NCBI RefSeq assembly: GCF_055900595.2 | Contig: NZ_CM148325.1 | Direction: 5' to 3' (one strand) | DNA: 64,000 nt | In this document: positions 7,935 to 14,849 of the stretch, in pieces | How the letters are laid out: each line of letters begins with the position of its first letter | How positions within the stretch are numbered: the first letter of the stretch is position 1 | Translations under genes and position numbers: made by a program | Notes under the pieces: generated by a model | Told to the model about the DNA's origin: nothing | The model's input: only the letters and a program-made list of their open reading frames with translations | Database searches by the model: none

Positions 7935-8921
7935 GTGATTACGCTAATTGGTCATCCTGAAAGCAAACGCACATTTTATTTTTGCCAGGCAGCGTCACGC
8001 TTACAGGAACATATCAACGTAGTGAGCTATGATCAAGCACTTACCCTGCTCTTAAATAAAGGCATGGTAAAAATCGATCCCCCCTTACATCAGGAAACAG
8101 ATATTCGCTTAATTAATACGGTTAGCCAAAACTATATTACTTTTTTACAAAAAATGGCTACCAGAAGGGAGATCCGTTTTATTAACTCACCAGAAGGTAT
8201 TATTCATCTTCTGGATAAACGCCACTGTAAGCAACGATTAGTCGAACACGCGATCCCGACACCGCCAATATTAGCGGATGATATCCGTAGCTACGATCAA
8301 CTGATCGCCTGTATGCGCAGCGAAAAGGTTTATCGCGTGTTTATTAAGCCGAATTTCGGATCAGGGGCCGCCGGGGTGCTGGCTTTGAGTCTACATCCCG
8401 GCGATAACCGTCAGGTGCTTTATTGCGCCATCCAGGTTGCAGGTGACAGGCTGGTGAACAGTAAACATATTATCCGCTATGAAAACAGCGGTGATATTAC
8501 GTTGATTGTGAATGCTATTTTACAACAAGACAATATTATCGAACGCTGGCTGGCAAAAGCCAGAGTGGGCAATAAAAGCTACGATTTACGCATCGTGTAC
8601 GTTAATGGTGAAATCGTCTGGCGGGTTGTCAGAACATCATCACAGCCGATCACCAATTTACATTTACAAAATGAAGCTATCCGTTTTGCCGATCTTAATT
8701 TACCCGTAGAAAAAGTAGCTGAAATTGATACGCTTTGTCTCAACGCCATGACCCTCTATCCGGACGTACACATTGCCGGGCTTGACGTATTACTCACGCA
8801 AAATTTAACACCCTATATTATCGAAATTAACGGCCAGGGCGATCTTATTTATCAGGACACCTGCGAAAAAAACAAAATTTATCAACGCCAGATTCAGGTA
8901 ATGAGAGAACATCATGTATAA
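7935..8921 (+). CDS. ATP-grasp fold ligase (RimK / glutathione-synthetase-like); substrate unknown
   Basis: The track ORF starts at ATG 7875, but that start would place the hairpin inside the CDS. GTG 7935 (VITLIGHPES...) has an AAAGGA RBS. ATP-grasp motifs are present: YRVFIKPNFGSGAAGVLAL, YDLRIVYVNGEIV and AGLDVLLTQNLTPYIIEINGQGD. The start codon is uncertain. Confidence 0.75.
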   Translation: MITLIGHPESKRTFYFCQAASRLQEHINVVSYDQALTLLLNKGMVKIDPPLHQETDIRLINTVSQNYITFLQKMATRREIRFINSPEGIIHLLDKRHCKQRLVEHAIPTPPILADDIRSYDQLIACMRSEKVYRVFIKPNFGSGAAGVLALSLHPGDNRQVLYCAIQVAGDRLVNSKHIIRYENSGDITLIVNAILQQDNIIERWLAKARVGNKSYDLRIVYVNGEIVWRVVRTSSQPITNLHLQNEAIRFADLNLPVEKVAEIDTLCLNAMTLYPDVHIAGLDVLLTQNLTPYIIEINGQGDLIYQDTCEKNKIYQRQIQVMREHHV

Positions 8922-9786
8922 CGTAACAGACGAAGTACCGGAAAATACCCGCACGGCAATCCATTCCTGCGATGGCGAAATCAATCTGAATGATTTAATT
9001 GCCAGGGAAGCCAATATCCTGTTTGTGGTGCTTGATTCCCTGCGTTTTGATATTGCGTTTCAGGAACAAGAGGCGGGAAATACACCAAATATTAACCGCT
9101 ATGGTCGCTGGATAAAGTGTGAAGCCGCTGGCAATTTTACCTGGCCTTCGCATCATTCGATGTTCTCTGGTTTTATGCCTAAGCCGCTGGAAGCTGCACC
9201 TGGTCATTCAATGCTCTTTTTCCCGAAAGATATTGGTTTAGGTCGTTTAGGGCCAAAAAATGCGTTCGCGTTCAGCGAAGAGACGTGGATTAAAGGGCTG
9301 GAAAACAAAGGTTACCGCACTATCTGCGTGGGTGGCGTCTCCTTTTTTAATAACCGCTCAGGGATGGGAAAAGTGTTCCCGGCGATGTTTAAAGAGAGTT
9401 ACTGGTATCCTAATTTCTCCTGCACGGTGAAAGAGAGCATGGATAATCAGCTCACCTTAATTAACAAAAAGGTGAACGCTGAACAGCCGCTGATGATGTA
9501 TATCAATATCGACACCATTCATTATCCGAATCATTTTTATATTGAAAATGCCAAACCTGGCGATACGGTAGAAACTCACGCCGCTGCCCTGCATTATATT
9601 GATGCCAGAATCGAAAAACTTTTCGATATCTTTCGGCAAACCGGGCGGGAGACGTTAGTTATTCTCTGTTCCGATCATGGCACCTGCTACGGGGAAGACG
9701 GTAAATATTTCCACAGTTTTAACCATCCGATTGTGAATACCGTACCCTATTTTCACTTTGTGTTAGACGGCAAAGACCATGAATAA
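8914..9786 (+). CDS. alkaline-phosphatase-superfamily hydrolase (sulfatase/NPP-like fold), soluble, with a predicted Thr nucleophile
   Basis: 290-aa ORF whose ATG overlaps the upstream stop by 8 nt. Motifs are the N-terminal metal-ligand motif VVLDSLRFD, the nucleophile motif F-T-W-P-S-H-H-S-M-F-S-G (T-x-P-x-H, at 9139 onward) and the C-terminal CSDHGTCYGEDG (D-H metal ligands). Confidence 0.75.
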   Translation: MYNVTDEVPENTRTAIHSCDGEINLNDLIAREANILFVVLDSLRFDIAFQEQEAGNTPNINRYGRWIKCEAAGNFTWPSHHSMFSGFMPKPLEAAPGHSMLFFPKDIGLGRLGPKNAFAFSEETWIKGLENKGYRTICVGGVSFFNNRSGMGKVFPAMFKESYWYPNFSCTVKESMDNQLTLINKKVNAEQPLMMYINIDTIHYPNHFYIENAKPGDTVETHAAALHYIDARIEKLFDIFRQTGRETLVILCSDHGTCYGEDGKYFHSFNHPIVNTVPYFHFVLDGKDHE

Positions 9787-11017
9787 TGAATCGATTTATC
9801 AGCAATATATGTACAGTTACCCGCATAAGACCGCTTATCGGGAATTAAACAATATTGCTTTTGCGGATGTGAAATCGCGTATTTACGAGCATAAAACACA
9901 TCTCTATATTCATATGCCTTTTTGCCAGAGCCGCTGCGGGTTTTGTAATCTCTTTACCTGCACGGGGGCAGACAATGCCTTTATCGACAACTACATAGAA
10001 GCAATTATTATCCAGGCCCGGCAAATGCAACTTGCGCCTGTAGACTGGGCCAGTTTTACCATTGGCGGCGGTACGCCACTACTGCTTAATACCGGGCAAC
10101 TGTCACGGTTGTTTCGCGGGGTGTTTGACGAATTACAGGTCGATGCGCAGATTTTTAAGGCAATTGAAACATCGCCTTCCGATACCACCGCCGAAAAGGT
10201 CGCGTTATTGCGCCAGCTTGCGGTAAACCGCGTCAGTATTGGCATTCAGAGTTTTAACGATCTGGAACTTGCCACATTACACCGCCGCCATAGTGCGGAA
10301 AATGCCCATCGGGCGCTGGAGCTACTGCGCAGGGGTAATTTCCCGATAATCAATATTGATATTATTTACGGTATTCCTGGTCAAACAGCCGCAAGTTTAA
10401 TGGCGTCGCTTAATCAAGCATTAGATTATCAGCCTGACGAACTGTTTCTGTACCCGCTATATAACATGCCGCGTCAGCCGGATATGTATAGCCTCTATAT
10501 TGAAGCCCGCGATCGCTTATTGCATGAAGGTTATACGCAAACGTCAATGCGCCGTTTTGTGCGGGTGAATAATGATTCGGCGGCTGAAAGTTGTGGCTTT
10601 GAAAATTCGCTGGCGCTTGGCGCGGGCGGGCGCAGTTATCTTGGCAATTTACATTACTGCACGCCGTGGTCGCAAAACCAGCCCGCATCGCGGCAAATTG
10701 TCACGGATTTTATCGCCCGGCCAGATAAGACCCAGATTCACCACGGCTATGTACTTTCACAAGCAGAAATGAAGCGGCGTTTTATTATCAAGAATCTCTT
10801 TTTCTATAAGGGGCTTTCGTTACGGGATTATCAGCACCAGTTCTTCTCTGAGGTATTAAGCGATTTTCCCCTGCTGGGCGATTTCATCAAACAAGATTAC
10901 TGCCACCAGCAGGATAATCGTATTCTGCTCACCGCGCAGGGTTTAGCGCTTTCGGACCAGCTTGGCCCGCTGTTTATCTCCCCGGAAGTTCGCAGGCTGG
11001 AGACGCATAAACGATGA
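9779..11017 (+). CDS. HemN/HemW-like (class C-type) radical SAM enzyme
   Basis: 412-aa ORF whose ATG overlaps the upstream stop by 8 nt. CX3CX2C motif FCQSRCGFC lies at 9923-9946. It aligns by eye with the authentic HemN in this window: YIHMPFCQSRCGFC vs YVHIPFCHKLCYFC, TIGGGTPLLL vs HWGGGTPTYL, NRVSIGIQSFND vs NRLSMGVQDFNK, NIDIIYGIPGQT vs NIDLIYGLPKQT. Confidence 0.85.
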   Translation: MNNESIYQQYMYSYPHKTAYRELNNIAFADVKSRIYEHKTHLYIHMPFCQSRCGFCNLFTCTGADNAFIDNYIEAIIIQARQMQLAPVDWASFTIGGGTPLLLNTGQLSRLFRGVFDELQVDAQIFKAIETSPSDTTAEKVALLRQLAVNRVSIGIQSFNDLELATLHRRHSAENAHRALELLRRGNFPIINIDIIYGIPGQTAASLMASLNQALDYQPDELFLYPLYNMPRQPDMYSLYIEARDRLLHEGYTQTSMRRFVRVNNDSAAESCGFENSLALGAGGRSYLGNLHYCTPWSQNQPASRQIVTDFIARPDKTQIHHGYVLSQAEMKRRFIIKNLFFYKGLSLRDYQHQFFSEVLSDFPLLGDFIKQDYCHQQDNRILLTAQGLALSDQLGPLFISPEVRRLETHKR

Positions 11018-11871
11018 CGCTCAAGCAGATCCAGACGCTGATTTATCGCGGCGAGATAAAGTCGTGTAATTATCGCTGTGGTTATTGCCCTTTTCATAAA
11101 CAAGACCGCAATGATAAACAGCAGGATGAAGTGGCATTATGGCGCATGGTTGAACATTTACCGGCGCAGGGTTCACCATTAAATGTATTTATTACGCCCT
11201 ACGGCGAAGCATTGCGTTATCGTTATTATATGGCGGCGATGGCGGAAATCAGCCGCTATTCCCATGTGCAGGCGGTGGGTATTCAGACCAACGCCTCTTT
11301 TAATTTATCCACCTTAGTCGCGACTTTTCAGCACTCTCAGGGCGATTTAGCAAAGCTGCGGCTGTGGTGTTCGTTTCATCCTTCCCAGGCAAGTAAAGAA
11401 GTTTTCCTTAAACAGTTACTGGCAATTAAGGACACGGGGATTACCTGTTCTGTGGGGGCCGTCGCCAGCGTAGCCGACTATGACGAATTACAGTGGTTAC
11501 GCGCGCATCTTCCTCCCGATATCTATTTCTGGCTAAACGCCAATGAGCGCGATAAAAGGCCCACCAGCGACGAAAGAAATAGCCAGTTTCAGTTGCTGGA
11601 CCCGCTTTATTATCTGGAAACCAGCCTCTGGCCTGCCAATGTCGAGTTTTGTCTGGGCGGCAAAAAGAGCGTGTTTATGAATGCTGATGGCGATCTCTTC
11701 GCCTGTAATATCAGCAAAATTAAGATTGGCAATTTATATCAACAGCAACTTTCATCTCCGTCTTGTATGTCCAGGCACTGTCACTGTTATCTGGCTTATC
11801 ACCTGCGTGAGGATATTCCGGCCCTCTCACAATTTGATGCTGAACGCTGCTTTCGGATCTTCTCGTTATGA
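11014..11871 (+). CDS. small radical SAM enzyme with a C-terminal Cys-rich (SPASM/twitch-like) region
   Basis: 285-aa ORF with an ATGA overlap with the upstream gene. CX3CX2C motif SCNYRCGYC lies at 11065-11088, and a YGEAL (GGE-like) motif is present. The C-terminus carries CLGGKKSVFMNADGDLFAC then CMSRHCHC (from 11650). Confidence 0.8.
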   Translation: MTLKQIQTLIYRGEIKSCNYRCGYCPFHKQDRNDKQQDEVALWRMVEHLPAQGSPLNVFITPYGEALRYRYYMAAMAEISRYSHVQAVGIQTNASFNLSTLVATFQHSQGDLAKLRLWCSFHPSQASKEVFLKQLLAIKDTGITCSVGAVASVADYDELQWLRAHLPPDIYFWLNANERDKRPTSDERNSQFQLLDPLYYLETSLWPANVEFCLGGKKSVFMNADGDLFACNISKIKIGNLYQQQLSSPSCMSRHCHCYLAYHLREDIPALSQFDAERCFRIFSL

Positions 11872-12563
11872 TCTGGCGGTTAATCGCGCTCGATTTAGAC
11901 GGCACATTGCTGAACAGCAAGAAGATGATTTCCCCTGCGTCTGTTTCGGCACTGCAAAGCGCACAACAGGCAGGTGTGAAAATTATCCTCGCCACCGGAC
12001 GTTCGCACAGCGAAGCCCTGCCTTATTACCAACAATTGCAGTTAACCGAGCCGATGATTTGCTGTAACGGCAGCTATCTTTATCATCCGCGCCAGCGGCA
12101 AATATTGCGTCCGCTGGCGCTTGATATCCACAAGGTGGAAAGGCTACGACTCTGGTTTTCACAACAAATATTGCAGCCAAATATTTATACGTACGATGAT
12201 TTTGTTTTGCAGATTAGCCTGATACACCGCAAGGCTTCGTTATTGCGCCAGACAGAGGAATTTGCCCGACAAGAATTATCGCTGGCCTGTAGCTGGTCCT
12301 GGCATCATCAACTGGATATTACACAGGTGGGGTGTGAGAAAGGCAAAAGTCTGGCCTGGTATGCCCGACAGCAAAATATCGTGCTGGATGAAATCATCGC
12401 CTTTGGCGATAACGATAATGATGCGGGGATGCTGCGGATGGTAGGCAAAGGGATTGCGATGGGCAATGGCAGTTCGCTGGCAAAAGTCAGTGCTGACCGC
12501 GTTATTGGTCACAACAACACAGATGCTATTGCGGATTTTCTTGATGCGCAGGGTTTCAGATGA
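11868..12563 (+). CDS. HAD-superfamily Cof-type (IIB) phosphatase
   Basis: 231-aa ORF with an ATGA overlap with the upstream gene. It has motif I LDLDGTLL, motif II ILATGRS and motif IV AFGDNDNDAGML. Confidence 0.85.
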   Translation: MIWRLIALDLDGTLLNSKKMISPASVSALQSAQQAGVKIILATGRSHSEALPYYQQLQLTEPMICCNGSYLYHPRQRQILRPLALDIHKVERLRLWFSQQILQPNIYTYDDFVLQISLIHRKASLLRQTEEFARQELSLACSWSWHHQLDITQVGCEKGKSLAWYARQQNIVLDEIIAFGDNDNDAGMLRMVGKGIAMGNGSSLAKVSADRVIGHNNTDAIADFLDAQGFR

Positions 12564-12564
12564 C

Positions 12565-12600
12565 GCCTGATGCGATGCTGACGCATCTTATCAGGCCTAC
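12565..12600. repeat. REP (repetitive extragenic palindrome) element
   Basis: GCCTGATGCGATGCTGACGCATCTTATCAGGCCTAC matches the canonical E. coli REP consensus and its palindromic structure. Confidence 0.85.
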
Positions 12601-12605
12601 AAAAG

Positions 12606-12637
12606 CAAAAAACCTGCCATCGCTGGCAGGTTTTTTA
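12606..12637. terminator. bidirectional rho-independent terminator shared by the HAD gene (+) and typA (-)
   Basis: CCTGCCA (12613-12619) pairs with TGGCAGG (12624-12630). It is flanked by an A-run upstream and T6 downstream, so it reads as a terminator on both strands. Confidence 0.8.
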
Positions 12638-12653
12638 TGACTAAAAAACGAAA

Positions 12654-14477
12654 TTAATCGTCTTTCGGTGCGCGGTTGGCGCGACGACGATCGTTTTCCG
12701 TCAGGTGACGTTTACGAATACGGATAGAGGTCGGAGTCACTTCTACCAGTTCGTCATCATCGATGAACTCCAGCGCTTGTTCCAGCGTCATGCGGATAGG
12801 CGGAACCAGAACAACGGCTTCGTCAGTACCGGAAGCACGCATGTTGGTCAGTTTCTTACCGGTCAGACAGTTTACAGTCAGGTCGTTAGAACGGCTGTGA
12901 ATACCGATAATCTGACCTTCGTAAACTTCTGCACCGTGACCGAGGAACAGCTTACCGCGATCCTGCAGACCGAACAGCGCGAACGCGACCGCTTTACCCT
13001 GACCGTTAGAGATCAGTACGCCGTTCTGACGCTGACCCACTTCACCCGGACGCACGTCGTCGTAGTGGCTGAAGGTGGAGTACAACAGACCCGTACCAGA
13101 GGTCATGGTCATGAACTCAGAACGGAAGCCAATCAGACCACGGCTTGGGATCACGTAGTCGAGACGTACGCGGCCTTTACCGTCTGGATTCATGTTTTTC
13201 AGGTCGCCTTTACGTTCGCCCAGCGCCTGCATCACAGAACCCTGATGCTGTTCTTCAACGTCCAGCGTCACGTTTTCATACGGCTCTTGTTTACGACCGT
13301 CGATTTCACGGAAGATAACTTTCGGACGGGATACCGCCAGTTCGAAACCTTCACGACGCATGTTTTCGATCAGAACAGACAGGTGCAGTTCGCCACGACC
13401 AGAAACGCGGAACGCATCGGCGTCTTCAGTTTCTTCTACGCGCAGCGCAACGTTGTGTACCAGTTCTTTGTTCAGACGATCCAGAATCTGACGAGACGTT
13501 ACGAACTTACCTTCTTTACCGCAGAACGGCGAGGTGTTAACGCAGAAGAACATAGAAACGGTCGGCTCATCAACGGAGAGTGCCGGCAGCGCTTCAACGT
13601 TTTGCGTGTCGCAAACGGTGTCAGAAATGTTCAGTTCGCCCAGGCCCGTGATCGCCACGATATCGCCAGCTTCCGCCAGATCGGTTTCGATACGTTCCAG
13701 ACCGAGGTGGCCCAGCACTTTACCGACTTTCGCGTTGCGGGTTTTGCCTTCGCTATCGATGATAGTAACTTGCTGGTTCGGCTTCACTTTACCGCGCTTG
13801 ATGCGGCCAATGCCGATAACGCCAACATAGCTGTTGTAATCGAGCTGAGAAATCTGCATCTGGAACGGACCGTCAAGGTCAACGTCCGGCGCAGGAACGT
13901 GGTCAACAATTGCCTGATACAGCGGGGTCATGTCTTCCGCCATATCTTCGTGGTCCAGACCGGCGATACCGTTCAGCGCAGAAGCGTAAACGATCGGGAA
14001 GTCCAGCTGCTCGTCGGTCGCGTCGAGGTTAACGAACAGGTCGAATACCTGATCCACAACCCAGTCAGGACGCGCGCCAGGGCGGTCAACTTTGTTGATA
14101 ACAACAATTGGCTTCAGGCCGTAAGCAAACGCTTTTTTGGTTACGAAGCGCGTTTGCGGCATCGGGCCGTCAAATGCGTCAACCACCAGCAGCACTGAGT
14201 CTACCATGGACATTACACGTTCAACTTCACCACCGAAGTCGGCGTGCCCCGGGGTATCAACGATGTTGATACGGTAATCATTCCATTTGATAGCGGTGTT
14301 TTTCGCGAGGATGGTAATCCCACGCTCTTTCTCCAAATCGTTGGAGTCCATCACGCGCTCTTGGGTTTCGGCACGAGAGTCGAACGTACCGGATTGTTGG
14401 AGCAGCTTGTCTACCAGGGTGGTTTTACCATGGTCTACGTGCGCGATGATGGCGATATTACGCAATTTTTCGATCAC
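12654..14477 (-). CDS. typA: ribosome-dependent translational GTPase BipA/TypA
   Basis: 607-aa ORF starting [26 protein letters not shown] with G-domain motifs [13 protein letters not shown] and NKVD. It is identical in style to K-12 BipA. Confidence 0.98.
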   Translation of the reverse strand: MIEKLRNIAIIAHVDHGKTTLVDKLLQQSGTFDSRAETQERVMDSNDLEKERGITILAKNTAIKWNDYRINIVDTPGHADFGGEVERVMSMVDSVLLVVDAFDGPMPQTRFVTKKAFAYGLKPIVVINKVDRPGARPDWVVDQVFDLFVNLDATDEQLDFPIVYASALNGIAGLDHEDMAEDMTPLYQAIVDHVPAPDVDLDGPFQMQISQLDYNSYVGVIGIGRIKRGKVKPNQQVTIIDSEGKTRNAKVGKVLGHLGLERIETDLAEAGDIVAITGLGELNISDTVCDTQNVEALPALSVDEPTVSMFFCVNTSPFCGKEGKFVTSRQILDRLNKELVHNVALRVEETEDADAFRVSGRGELHLSVLIENMRREGFELAVSRPKVIFREIDGRKQEPYENVTLDVEEQHQGSVMQALGERKGDLKNMNPDGKGRVRLDYVIPSRGLIGFRSEFMTMTSGTGLLYSTFSHYDDVRPGEVGQRQNGVLISNGQGKAVAFALFGLQDRGKLFLGHGAEVYEGQIIGIHSRSNDLTVNCLTGKKLTNMRASGTDEAVVLVPPIRMTLEQALEFIDDDELVEVTPTSIRIRKRHLTENDRRRANRAPKDD

Positions 14478-14628
14478 AACTTTGCCTCAGGCATTAGAAA
14501 TAGCGCGTTATTGTACACGGATTAATCGCACTACAAAACAGGATCACAAACATCCTCCGCAAACAAGTATTGCAGAGTCCCTTTGTGATCGCTTTCACGG
14601 AGCATAAAAAGGGTTATCCAAAGGTCAT

Positions 14629-14719
14629 TGCACCAATATGGTGCTTAATGTTTCCATTGAAGCACTATATTGGTGCAATATTCACATCGTGGTGCAGCCC
14701 TTTTGCACGATGGTGCGCA
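14629..14719. promoter_or_regulatory. NtrC (NRI) enhancer sites upstream of glnA
   Basis: Repeated TGCACC-N5-GGTGCA-type dyads: TGCACCAATATGGTGCT (14629-14645), GCACTATATTGGTGCA (14662-14677), TCACATCGTGGTGCA and TGCACGATGGTGCGCA (to 14719). Confidence 0.85.
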
Positions 14720-14750
14720 TGATAACGCCTTTTAGGGGCAATTTAAAAGT

Positions 14751-14766
14751 TGGCACAGTTTTCGCT
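14751..14766 (+). promoter_or_regulatory. glnAp2 sigma54 (-24/-12) promoter
   Basis: TGGCACAGTTTTCGCT has GG and GC elements at the correct sigma54 spacing. It lies about 85 nt upstream of the glnA ATG and downstream of the NtrC sites. Confidence 0.85.
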
Positions 14767-14849
14767 TTATCTTTTTTACGGCGACACGGCCAAAATAATT
14801 GCAGATTTCGTTACCACGACGACCATGACCAATCCAGGAGAGTTAAAGT

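Noticed and set aside
8914-11017. Idea that the AP-superfamily gene plus the adjacent radical SAM gene form a sulfatase / anaerobic sulfatase-maturating enzyme (anSME) pair.
   Set aside because: The hydrolase has T-x-P-x-H instead of the C/S-x-P-x-R formylglycine motif. The adjacent radical SAM is HemN-like rather than anSME-like.
7026-12563. Interpreting the cassette as a mobile element, prophage remnant or integrative island.
   Set aside because: No integrase, transposase, recombinase, phage structural gene, tRNA attachment site or flanking direct or inverted repeats are visible. Only a single REP lies at one end.
12705-14198. 497-aa ORF on the plus strand antisense to typA. Similar long antisense ORFs lie at 2087-3076 (yihQ), 14811-15665 and 15669-16226 (glnA), 19670-20254 (hemN), 38673-39389 (trkH), 40348-41334 (pepQ), 42897-43910 (fadB/fadA) and 60972-61646 (udp).
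   Set aside because: Each lies entirely antisense to a strongly supported conserved gene. Each has low-complexity, Arg/Val/Phe/Thr-rich composition typical of mirror-frame artefacts, lacks an RBS and shows no recognisable motif.
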